50,552 bases of DNA from Candidatus Caenarcanales bacterium. GTDB taxonomy: Bacteria; Cyanobacteriota; Vampirovibrionia; LMEP-6097. The position numbers and the translations under genes were made by a program. Under the pieces are notes generated by a model that saw only the letters and a list, made by a program, of their open reading frames with translations, did no database searches and had not been told where the DNA came from. The first letter of the stretch is position 1. Each line of letters opens with the position of its first letter. The stretch lies in contig CANHDW010000002.1 in NCBI GenBank assembly GCA_947459525.1, positions 1 through 50,552 on the forward strand, written 5' to 3'. This document shows positions 37,582-48,110 of this stretch, in pieces.

Positions 37582-38115
37582 ATGTTCTATCGATTACTCT
37601 ACATTCTTTCAGCTTTAATCCTTATGCAGACATCGGTTCAAGCCGATATAATTTCTGTTAAAAAAAACAAAGCCATCGAACTTAAAAATGGGCAGATGAA
37701 TATGCTGTTCAAAGTTGACTTTCGTGAATTCGATAAAGATAGAATTCTAGAGTTTCGCTTTTATGATCAGCCTTTTGTAAACATCACCGTCCTTCATGAT
37801 CCAGGAAAAAATAATCCTAAATTTACTAGTTTTTCTTCTAAAATAGTCAGCCTTGATAAAAATCAAATCGCTGCTATAAGCAAGATTCATGACCAATTAA
37901 AGGTTTTAAAATTTAAAAACACCTTTCCGTGGAAAGAAAACTTTAATAAAAGGGGTGATATCTATTACATCCACAGCCTGCAAGAGTATCTCCCAGTAAC
38001 CGATTCAGCATCCAAGTCGATTTCGGTGCCACAAGTTTTCATTTTCTATAAAGGGTTTAAAGATGAATACCCTGCTGTTTATGCAGAAATCGTTGATCTA
38101 ATAAATAGTTTCTAA
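37582..38115 (+). CDS. Secreted hypothetical protein
   Basis: 177 aa with signal peptide MFYRLLYILSALILMQTSVQA. Confidence 0.5.
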   Translation: MFYRLLYILSALILMQTSVQADIISVKKNKAIELKNGQMNMLFKVDFREFDKDRILEFRFYDQPFVNITVLHDPGKNNPKFTSFSSKIVSLDKNQIAAISKIHDQLKVLKFKNTFPWKENFNKRGDIYYIHSLQEYLPVTDSASKSISVPQVFIFYKGFKDEYPAVYAEIVDLINSF

Positions 38116-38138
38116 GCTCCATGCCTCACCAATGGTTC

Positions 38139-39341
38139 TTAGAGTTTTTTTATTAATGCAAAGATATCTCTGCTGCTTTCAGGTCTTGCAAAGCGATACA
38201 AATTTTTCTTCATCGCCGATATTTTCTCAGGGTTCTTCGCTAAGTCGAAAAGCAAATCAGCAATCTCCTTTTGCGGAGAGTATCGCACAATTCCATTTTC
38301 TGCATTTTCACCACCAGAAAAGGCATCTTGGCGAATCATGAAACCACAACCAGCCTTAACTAAAGCCTCTGCATTTTTAGTCTGATGATCATGAGCAGCC
38401 CAAGGTAAAGGAATTAATATTGGTACTATCAGCGACACTGCCATTTCAGCACAAGTCATAGCACCAGCCCTGCAAATAGCTATATCAACGGTTTTAGAAA
38501 TATTTGCCATCTCATGGGTATAACTTAAAACCTTATAGTTAGAGTATTTATTCGGATCAGCATTTAAATATTTACTTACATGCTCATCAAAAAGCTTAGA
38601 ACCTGTAATGTGAATAATAGATATTCTTTTACCTTCAAGAGCTAATCTCTGATTAAAATCCTCAAAATCTTTAAGTAAAATGCCTATACTATCATTAACG
38701 AACTGGGAACCCTGACTACCACCAGTTACCAAAACCCTCAAATGATTTTCATCACGACTAGCAGCAGCCCCATCAGCGGCTTCCCTATAAATATTTATAA
38801 AATCTTGTGAGACTGGATTACCCGTGTAACGATATTTATCATTAAAATTTACATTTATCGGAAAGCCTAAGCTCACACGACTCGCAAATATTTTAAATAA
38901 TTTATTTACCAATCCAAAATTACTATCAAGATTATGAATTAGGAACTTTGTTTTCGTTATCACACAGGCAAGAAACACTGGCGCTGCCACGTAACCACCC
39001 GTACCCATCACTACGTCAATTTTATTTTCTCTCAGGTAGTTCACAGAGCATTTATAAGCTTTAAAAAAAATACCAAACCATTCTAAGTTTTCTTTAAAAG
39101 AATTATTTCGAGATGGCAGCTTTGGAGCATTAATAGGAAGAAACTGGATATATTCTTTTCTTAGACACAGTTCCTGCTCCAGTTTTCCTTCACCACCAAT
39201 ATAGTAAAGAAAGTTTTTTTCAGCCCCAGCTCGATTACTTTCATCTTCAAATAGCTCAGCTACAGCAAGACATGGATAAATATGTCCTCCAGTGCCTCCT
39301 CCCGTAAACGCAACTCGCACAAGAATATCCTCTATCAACAA
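38139..39341 (-). CDS. murG: UDP-GlcNAc--undecaprenyl-PP-MurNAc-pentapeptide GlcNAc transferase
   Basis: N-terminal FTGGGTGGHIYP and C-terminal CRAGAMTCAEM...AHDHQTKNA. Confidence 0.92.
   Translation of the reverse strand: MLIEDILVRVAFTGGGTGGHIYPCLAVAELFEDESNRAGAEKNFLYYIGGEGKLEQELCLRKEYIQFLPINAPKLPSRNNSFKENLEWFGIFFKAYKCSVNYLRENKIDVVMGTGGYVAAPVFLACVITKTKFLIHNLDSNFGLVNKLFKIFASRVSLGFPINVNFNDKYRYTGNPVSQDFINIYREAADGAAASRDENHLRVLVTGGSQGSQFVNDSIGILLKDFEDFNQRLALEGKRISIIHITGSKLFDEHVSKYLNADPNKYSNYKVLSYTHEMANISKTVDIAICRAGAMTCAEMAVSLIVPILIPLPWAAHDHQTKNAEALVKAGCGFMIRQDAFSGGENAENGIVRYSPQKEIADLLFDLAKNPEKISAMKKNLYRFARPESSRDIFALIKKL
38285..38318 (+). repeat. In-frame intragenic copy of the repeat head inside murG
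   Basis: GCACAATTCCATTTTCTGCATTTTCACCACCAG. Its reverse complement aligns with 32191-32231 (GGCGGGCGAAAACGCAGAAATTGGAGTTGTGCAGCGGTCTC). It encodes GGENAENGIV. Confidence 0.65.
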
Positions 39342-39442
39342 GAGCTAAAAGCCTGTCAATAATTACTAAAAACATGATAGCAGCTAAAATTAAACATTTT
39401 AAGCTTAGCTTATTTTTTTTATGAGATAATGTTCTTATAAGT

Positions 39443-40384
39443 ATGACAAATCGAGTTTCAAGCGAAAAGATAAATTGGGGTAATACCATTTATCTAATAA
39501 TCAGTCCTATCATTTCAGCTTTAGCCGTCAGCTACTGGTTCTACAAAGGATGGTTTAACTGGGGGACTGTAATCCTATTCGTAGTCTTAACTTCACTAAT
39601 AGAAATTAGCATTACCGCTGGCTATCATCGATTGTTTTCACACAGAACTTATAAGGCAAATCCGATTGTTAGCATATTCTTTTTATTTTTCGGGGCTGGA
39701 GCTCTTCAGAGCTCTGCCCTTTTATGGTCATTAGATCACAGAGTTCATCATCAATTCGTAGATCACAAAGATAAAGATCCCTACAGTATAAGTAGAGGGT
39801 TTATGTGGGCTCATATTACTTGGTTATTTTATAAATTTGATGATCAAGTTAAGGATATTAAACCAGCTGATCTTTATCAGGATAAATTGGTTGTTTTCCA
39901 AGATAAATATTGGGGGTATATCGCGGTTTTATCTGGATTTATTTTACCTACATTAATCGCACATTTCGCTTGGGGTGATGCTTTTGGTGGTTTTTTCGTA
40001 GCTGGTGTATTCAGATCAGTAGTTAATCATCATGCTACTTTCCTCATTAATTCTGTTTCACATTGTATTGGAAAACAGACTTATTCTGACACTCACAGTG
40101 CAAGAGATAATTGGTTTACAGCTTTACTAACTTTTGGAGAAGGTTATCATAATTTCCACCATGAGTTTCCTTCCGATTATAGGAATGGTGTTAGATACTA
40201 TCAATACGATCCAAGTAAGTGGCTTATTTATGGATTATCCCTTATCGGCTGGACTTATGATCTAAAAAGAGTTAGCCATAATCTTATTGAAAGAAAACGC
40301 TCAGCTATGACTAAAAAAAGAGCAGCTCAACAATTGCAAATTGCTACTCAATCAAAAATCCCTCAACTTCAGCCTGCATGTTAA
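39443..40384 (+). CDS. Membrane fatty-acid (delta-9 type) desaturase
   Basis: Three His boxes: HRLFSHRTY, HRVHHQFVDH and HNFHHEFP. Confidence 0.9.
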   Translation: MTNRVSSEKINWGNTIYLIISPIISALAVSYWFYKGWFNWGTVILFVVLTSLIEISITAGYHRLFSHRTYKANPIVSIFFLFFGAGALQSSALLWSLDHRVHHQFVDHKDKDPYSISRGFMWAHITWLFYKFDDQVKDIKPADLYQDKLVVFQDKYWGYIAVLSGFILPTLIAHFAWGDAFGGFFVAGVFRSVVNHHATFLINSVSHCIGKQTYSDTHSARDNWFTALLTFGEGYHNFHHEFPSDYRNGVRYYQYDPSKWLIYGLSLIGWTYDLKRVSHNLIERKRSAMTKKRAAQQLQIATQSKIPQLQPAC

Positions 40385-40665
40385 GTCCTGAAGAAAAGAC
40401 TGAACTCACTCATTTTTTAAATCGCCTTCAAGGCAAAGAAGTCAGAGTAGAACTTAGTTCTAGGTTTAATGTCGGCTATAGGATATCCTTTGCCGTTAAA
40501 GTCGAAGCATTGGGTGGGAAAACCTATAGCTTCGTGAGCGATAGCGGTAACGCCTCTGTATTTATAGATCCTAGCGAAGCAGAGGCTTTCAGTGCTGATA
40601 GCAGCTCAATTAGCTTAGTTTATGGCGATGATCTCATAACAATTCGTTATGGGAGAATTCGATAA
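40378..40665 (+). CDS. Hypothetical small protein, translationally coupled to the desaturase
   Basis: 95 aa. Its ATG overlaps the desaturase stop. No motif recognised. Confidence 0.45.
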   Translation: MLSPEEKTELTHFLNRLQGKEVRVELSSRFNVGYRISFAVKVEALGGKTYSFVSDSGNASVFIDPSEAEAFSADSSSISLVYGDDLITIRYGRIR

Positions 40666-40683
40666 AAAATGCTAGAATTATAA

Positions 40684-42726
<2,043 letters not shown>

Positions 42727-42852
42727 CTGCTTTAGAAATATAAACTAGAATCTGCCTGTATGATTTCGATCATTTGACCTATATTCTTTAAAATGAATAA
42801 GAAATTAAGTATCCTTAACTGATTCTTAACTGTTAATCTAGATATAGTATAT

Positions 42853-43134
42853 ATGGGTTTAGGTGGATTACCTTCAATTGGCGGACAAGGACCAAATATA
42901 GGTCCGGGTAATAACGGTGCTTCGCAAAATAAAGGTGGAGCAGAGTTTTCACTTGAGCAACAGAAGTCTAATTTAGCCCAAGCTCAAGCCGCACAAGATA
43001 AAGCTAATTCAGCACTTTCTGGTGCTAAATTAATGAAGATTATAGATAAGAAAAAGAAAAACCGTAAAGGTGCTCCCCGCACCATGCTTATAGACGGCGA
43101 AATTTACGAAGTTTATCTTCTAGCGATAGCTTAA
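42853..43134 (+). CDS. Hypothetical small Gly/Gln-rich protein
   Basis: 93-aa ORF with a low-complexity N-terminus. Confidence 0.35.
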   Translation: MGLGGLPSIGGQGPNIGPGNNGASQNKGGAEFSLEQQKSNLAQAQAAQDKANSALSGAKLMKIIDKKKKNRKGAPRTMLIDGEIYEVYLLAIA

Positions 43135-43147
43135 AACTGCACGTTAG

Positions 43148-43180
43148 GCAGCGGTCTTTTAAATTGTGCACCAGTCTCTA
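43148..43180 (-). repeat. Possible degenerate fragment of the repeat arm motif
   Basis: GCAGCGGTCTTTT and TTGTGCACCAGTCTCTA resemble TTGTGCAGCGGTCTCTTTT at 32217-32235. Lies between convergent genes. Confidence 0.3.
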
Positions 43181-43182
43181 AA

Positions 43183-43404
43183 TCACCACTGTATCGGCAC
43201 ATAATTTCGAGAATTACATTTAGGGCAGACATAAACTGGGTCATTTCGCTGCGGTAACATCTTTCGGGTAAAATCACCCTTACAATGCCCGCAAATTAAC
43301 TGCACATAATGCCCGCGAATCCCAAACTGTGACGGCAATATAGCCCTACGCTGCTCTGCATTAATCTGCCACTCTCTTAATTCTTCTGGGTCTGGCTTCT
43401 GCAT
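43183..43404 (-). CDS. Small zinc-ribbon protein
   Basis: 73 aa with CGHC...CPKC (two CxxC pairs). Confidence 0.5.
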   Translation of the reverse strand: MQKPDPEELREWQINAEQRRAILPSQFGIRGHYVQLICGHCKGDFTRKMLPQRNDPVYVCPKCNSRNYVPIQW

Positions 43405-43449
43405 AAACCTTAATATCTACACCTTATATGTTTGGGAGCAGTCTCATCT

Positions 43450-44898
43450 TTAATATGCTTTAGCTATAAGTATTTCACGATTCTGAGGAGAAACTGTACC
43501 CGAAATAATACAAGGATGATCACTTGGCAACTCTGGTCTGAGTGGGATACAGCGAATACTTGCACTGAATTTTTCTTTTAAAATTCTCTCTAACTCTACA
43601 TCACCGTTCCACATCGCTCTAGCAAAGCCTAATGATTTAGAATCTAAAACTGAATCTAATTCAGCAATATTTTTTACTATTTTTGTATTCTCTTTTCTGT
43701 ATTCTAATGCACGAGTGAAAAGTCCAGACTGGATTTCATCTAAAAGTCTTACAATGCTTTCTATTAAACCTGCTATCTGAATATCCTTATCTTTACTACG
43801 AATATCACGGCGATGGAGTTCCACGCAGCCATTCTCTAAATCACGCTCACCGATTACTAATCTTAAAGGCACGCCCTTCTGTTCATATTCATTAAACTTA
43901 ATCCCCTGGCTAATCTGCTCCCTGTCATCTAACTTCACTCTTAGACCTAAATCAGTGAGTTCCTTATGAAATAATTTAGCTTGATTAAGTACTTTCGTAT
44001 TATCAAGATTCTTTTTCAGAATAGGGATTATAACTACCTGATAAGGAGCTATTTTCGGAGGTAATATCAGCCCAACTTCATCATGGTGACCCATAATCAC
44101 AGCACCGATAAGCCTAGTACTCACTCCCCAAGAAGTCTGCCAAACATGAGCTAATTTATTCTCTGAATCTGTAAAAGTAGTATCAAAGGCTTTAGCAAAA
44201 TTCTGACCTAAATCATGTGAAGTTCCAGCCTGCAAAGCCTTACCATCACGCATCAAAGCTTCTATCGAAAATGTAGAAACCGCTCCAGCAAACCTCTCTG
44301 ACTCAGTCTTTTCACCTATATGTATCGGCAGGGCTAAGTAATTATGCAAAAGATCTTCATAGACATGGATCATCTTAATTACCTCTTCTTTAGCTTCTTC
44401 GTGAGTCGCATGACAAGTATGGCCTTCTTGCCATAGAAACTCTGAAGTCCTTAAAAATAGACGGGTACGCATCTCCCAACGCATAACATTCGCCCACTGA
44501 TTTAGTTTCATCGGCAGGTCTCTATAAGAGTTAATCCATTTAGAAAACATATGATTAATAATCGTTTCAGAGGTCGGTCTGATTACATATCTCTCTGAAA
44601 GCTCTTTTCCACCAGCATGAGTCACTACAGCACACTCTGGCGCAAAGCCTTCTACGTGCTCAGCTTCTTTCTGTAAAAAGCTTTCTGGAACCAGTAAGGG
44701 GAAATAAGCATTCTCATGCCCAGTATCTTTAATCATCTTATCGAGTATTCTCTGAATATTTTCCCAGATAGCATAACCATAAGGTCGAATAACCATACAG
44801 CCTTTAACAGGGCTATAATCTGCAAGCTCAGCTGTGATAGCTATATCAGCAAGTAAACTCTCTGCATTATTCTCTTTAACTGCATTATCAATAGACAT
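43450..44898 (-). CDS. proS: Proline--tRNA ligase (archaeal/eukaryote-like type without an editing insertion)
   Basis: 482 aa with class II motifs (RPTSET, FLRTSEFLWQEGH, GTSHDLGQNFAKAF) and a C-terminal ProRS-C domain ending in ...KAY. Confidence 0.93.
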   Translation of the reverse strand: MSIDNAVKENNAESLLADIAITAELADYSPVKGCMVIRPYGYAIWENIQRILDKMIKDTGHENAYFPLLVPESFLQKEAEHVEGFAPECAVVTHAGGKELSERYVIRPTSETIINHMFSKWINSYRDLPMKLNQWANVMRWEMRTRLFLRTSEFLWQEGHTCHATHEEAKEEVIKMIHVYEDLLHNYLALPIHIGEKTESERFAGAVSTFSIEALMRDGKALQAGTSHDLGQNFAKAFDTTFTDSENKLAHVWQTSWGVSTRLIGAVIMGHHDEVGLILPPKIAPYQVVIIPILKKNLDNTKVLNQAKLFHKELTDLGLRVKLDDREQISQGIKFNEYEQKGVPLRLVIGERDLENGCVELHRRDIRSKDKDIQIAGLIESIVRLLDEIQSGLFTRALEYRKENTKIVKNIAELDSVLDSKSLGFARAMWNGDVELERILKEKFSASIRCIPLRPELPSDHPCIISGTVSPQNREILIAKAY

Positions 44899-44955
44899 AT
44901 ATATAATCCTAACTCGTTTTATAAGGAAATAAAACCAAGAAAACTAAATGGTACC

Positions 44956-45945
44956 CTATTCTTGACTAGGCTGACTCTTAGCCCTTAGCTTAGCCCCTAA
45001 ACTTGATCTAGAAACCTTTCTACCAGCGGAACTGCGATTACCCGTAATAGTAGTATTTAAAGGACTATTTGCAGTCGTAACTACTTGAGCCGTAGCTTTT
45101 CTTTCCTCTGGGATTATAGTCGTATCAGCCAACCTCTCTGGATTCATAGAGCCATTAAATAATTCTTGGAGAGCAGCTGTAGCCTTTTTTAATCTCCTAG
45201 AAACTTGCATCTGAGAGATACCTAGAATATTAGCGACATCAGACTGTGGCGTATCTTGGAAATATATTAAATCTATAATTTCAGCTAAAGGCTCTTTTAG
45301 CTTAGTAATCATCTCCTTAACAGTCATAAAATCCTCACGAACATCATTCCTGCGATACTCACGCATATCAGCCAAAGTATCAACAAGAGAAGTATCATTC
45401 TCAGAAGGATTTGGGCTTATAGTCTGATCCAAAGAAACTAATGTTTTTCTTCTATCTACTTCATAGGCTTCTTTTATCTTCGTCTCTTTAACATCAGTAA
45501 GCACGCTTGCGATTTCTAAATCAGTCGGATCTCTACCAAATTCAGCTCTTAACTTCTGTACTACCTTGTTAATCCTAAAACTTAATTCCTGAAGCTCTCT
45601 TGGAGCTCTAATCATCGAAGTTTTATCGCGAAGATAATGGCGAATCTCACCAGTAATTAAGTGAGTCGCGTAAGTAGTAAATCTAGCTCCAGCGTCTGGA
45701 TTAAAATAATCTATAGCTTTAATAAGACCGATAGAGCCTATCTGTATCAAATCATCTACAGGGTCAGTGCTTCTTCGAGCAAGACCGTGGGCGATCTTTT
45801 TAACAAGAACAAAGTTAATATTGACAAGCTTGTCTCTAACCTTCTTGTCTTTAGTTTTGGCATAATCAGCTAGAAGCTTATGAATTTCTTCAGTCTTTTC
45901 TTTTTTCTGCTTTTGCTTTTCCATTGATAAACACTCTGAGTTCAA
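44956..45945 (-). CDS. Group-3 sigma-70 family factor (SigF/SigB-like) with a long C-terminal tail
   Basis: Region 2 LIQIGSIGLIKAIDYFNPDAGARFTTYATHLITGEIRHYLRD and region 4 HTH DVANILGISQMQVSRRLKKA. These are followed by about 70 extra residues rich in Ser, Thr and Ala. Confidence 0.85.
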   Translation of the reverse strand: MNSECLSMEKQKQKKEKTEEIHKLLADYAKTKDKKVRDKLVNINFVLVKKIAHGLARRSTDPVDDLIQIGSIGLIKAIDYFNPDAGARFTTYATHLITGEIRHYLRDKTSMIRAPRELQELSFRINKVVQKLRAEFGRDPTDLEIASVLTDVKETKIKEAYEVDRRKTLVSLDQTISPNPSENDTSLVDTLADMREYRRNDVREDFMTVKEMITKLKEPLAEIIDLIYFQDTPQSDVANILGISQMQVSRRLKKATAALQELFNGSMNPERLADTTIIPEERKATAQVVTTANSPLNTTITGNRSSAGRKVSRSSLGAKLRAKSQPSQE

Positions 45946-46000
45946 AAAGTACCTTAAAAACAGTGTATCATCAAGTTATTTCTTTGGGGAGTATAAAAAT

Positions 46001-46042
46001 ATGACACAATTATCAGTTTTTTATGACAAAGATGTCAGTTTA
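46001..46042. promoter_or_regulatory. Two direct 20-nt repeats in the sigma / fabH divergent promoter region (candidate operator)
   Basis: ATGACACAATTATCAGTTTT (46001-46020) and ATGACAAAGATGTCAGTTTA (46023-46042), spaced 22 bp start to start. Confidence 0.25.
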
Positions 46043-46071
46043 TTGGTATATTTATATTCAGTAAACTTATT

Positions 46072-47094
46072 ATGAATATTGGATCAAAAATACTGGCCTT
46101 TGGAAAGGCTCTACCAAAGAAGGTAGTAACTAACTTTGATTTAGAATCACTGATGGATACTTCCGATGATTGGATAACTCAACGCACTGGCATTAAAGAA
46201 CGTCGTGTCGCCGATGAATCTATCGGTGAAAACTCCACGACCTTAGCTGCGGCCGCAGCTAAATCCTGCTTTGAACAGGCTAAAAAATTAAACCCCGAAT
46301 TCGATATCAAGCCTAGCGATATAGATTTAATCATCTGCTCCACAGCTACTAGCGATAATCTTTTTCCATCTACAGCATGTATGGTACAGCCATTACTTGG
46401 AATAGAATCCTGCGCAGGGTTTGATATCTCTGCTGCTTGCACTGGTTTTATCTACGCACTAAACATCGCTGACACCTTTATTAAAAGCGGCCAATATAAA
46501 AACGTTTTAGTTCTTTCCGTGGATCTAATGTCTAGGTATGTAGATTGGTCAGATAGAAGAACCGCTGTGATCTTCGGAGATGGTGCTGGAGCCGTACTCT
46601 TAACTGCTGTACCCGAGGCAGATGCATCATTTAAAGGTTTTTACCTAAACGCTAAAGCAGATAAGGATCAGGCTCTTTATCTAAAAAATACTCGTTCACA
46701 TTATCCAGTAAAAGCTGAAGACATTGACACTAAACCAGAAATGGTCAGTATGAACGGTCAAGCCGTCTATCAGTTCGCCGTAAAAGCTCTCCCAGAGTCA
46801 ATTGAGCAAGCTTGCGCTAAAGCAAATGTAGACCCATCCACTATAGACTGGGTAGTACCGCATCAAGCTAACTATAGAATTCTTGAAAGTGCTGCTAAAC
46901 GCTTTAATCTACCGATGGAAAAATTCATCTGTAATATAGAAAAATATGGGAATACCAGCTCTGCTAGCATTCCGATTGCTTTTCACGAAGCCATAGAAGA
47001 AGGACGTATCGTCAAAAATGGTAAAAAACAAACTATCGCCATGGCTGGTTTTGGAGCTGGAATGACTTGGGGTGCGGCGGTTATTGAATTCTAG
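46072..47094 (+). CDS. fabH: 3-oxoacyl-ACP synthase III
   Basis: Active-site DISAACTGFIYAL, plus VPHQANYRI and GNTSSASIP. Confidence 0.95.
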   Translation: MNIGSKILAFGKALPKKVVTNFDLESLMDTSDDWITQRTGIKERRVADESIGENSTTLAAAAAKSCFEQAKKLNPEFDIKPSDIDLIICSTATSDNLFPSTACMVQPLLGIESCAGFDISAACTGFIYALNIADTFIKSGQYKNVLVLSVDLMSRYVDWSDRRTAVIFGDGAGAVLLTAVPEADASFKGFYLNAKADKDQALYLKNTRSHYPVKAEDIDTKPEMVSMNGQAVYQFAVKALPESIEQACAKANVDPSTIDWVVPHQANYRILESAAKRFNLPMEKFICNIEKYGNTSSASIPIAFHEAIEEGRIVKNGKKQTIAMAGFGAGMTWGAAVIEF

Positions 47095-47155
47095 AGAACA
47101 TCCTTGATTAGCGTTTTTCAGCGAGCTATTAAGACTTAGCTCTATAATTATCACT

Positions 47156-47869
47156 ATGGTAGAAATGAATCGTAGAAATTTTCTTAACGCGGCCGCATTT
47201 ACTGGCTTAGGTCTTGGACTCAGTAATGTACTTGGCGCTTGCTCTAAAGGAGGAAAGTTTAATATAAACGAACTCTATCCCATTTATAAAGACGGTCAAT
47301 ATCAAGAAAAAAACTTTGAGCACCTGACTAAAAACGATAAACTCGGCTTAAGCCCAGAAATTATAAAAAACCATCTAGGACTATATTCTAATTACATTAA
47401 AAATGTAAACCAAGCTGAAGCTGAGATGTCAGTAGGGAATATTACAGAATTCGGGATGAAGCATCTAGCCTTCTCTCTAAATGGCATGGCTTTACATGAT
47501 ATCTATTTTACGAACATGAGCACAGAAGAATCTAAGCGTAGTTCTAGCCTGAATAGAGCTATTGATAAAACCTTTGGGTCCTTCGATGCCTACATGAAAA
47601 ATTTAACAGAACTCGCGATGAAAGTAGAAGGCTGGTCAGTAACGGGTCTTAATCTACTTAACGGTAAAATTTTCAATTACGCTCTGCAAGACCACTCTGC
47701 TAATTTCCCTAATTTTATAGTTCCGATATTAGCCCTAGATGTTTATGAACATGCTTATGTAGCCGATTTCAAGAAAGAAGGTAAAGCGAAGTATCTTGAA
47801 GCTTTTACGAAAATTATTGATTGGGATATAGTGAGCCGCAGGCTTGACCTTGTTAAAAACTTAGTCTAA
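47156..47869 (+). CDS. Divergent Fe/Mn-type superoxide dismutase family protein with a Tat signal and lipobox
   Basis: Tat motif NRRNFL and lipobox LGAC. C-terminal LDVYEHAYVADF (compare D-x-W-E-H-A-Y-Y). The His ligand positions are conserved in NHLGLY and LHDIYF. Confidence 0.65.
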   Translation: MVEMNRRNFLNAAAFTGLGLGLSNVLGACSKGGKFNINELYPIYKDGQYQEKNFEHLTKNDKLGLSPEIIKNHLGLYSNYIKNVNQAEAEMSVGNITEFGMKHLAFSLNGMALHDIYFTNMSTEESKRSSSLNRAIDKTFGSFDAYMKNLTELAMKVEGWSVTGLNLLNGKIFNYALQDHSANFPNFIVPILALDVYEHAYVADFKKEGKAKYLEAFTKIIDWDIVSRRLDLVKNLV

Positions 47870-47871
47870 GT

Positions 47872-48110
47872 GGCGTGTAGCGAAACTCCAATTTCTGCGT
47901 TTTCGTCGTCCTCATGATCCTCATGTAAGCTTGATGAATCAAGCTTGTATTTCCGCTTGCTCGCATATGAGACTTGTCTCGCATGCTCGGCATCGCCGGA
48001 AATTACCCGCAGTACACTGCGGTCATTCGTCCTCCTCGGCCTTGAACTTGTTCGTTTGGCTACACGCCCCTAAGAGACCGCTGAACAACTCCATCTTCTG
48101 CGTTCATGAC
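47872..48110 (+). mobile_element. Longest full-length repeat copy (47872-48068) plus an adjacent partial head (48069-48110)
   Basis: Arms GGCGTGTAGCGAAAC and GTTTGGCTACACGCC, the conserved core, and an 84-nt extra central segment. It fills the spacer between two convergent genes. Confidence 0.9.

Noticed and set aside
38132-38341. ORF 38132..38341 on the plus strand
   Set aside because: It is antisense to the 3' end of murG and spans the intragenic repeat copy, so it is a shadow ORF.
39256-39489. 77-aa minus-strand ORF overlapping the murG start and the desaturase start
   Set aside because: It spans the murG / desaturase divergent promoter region and overlaps both real genes, with no supporting features.
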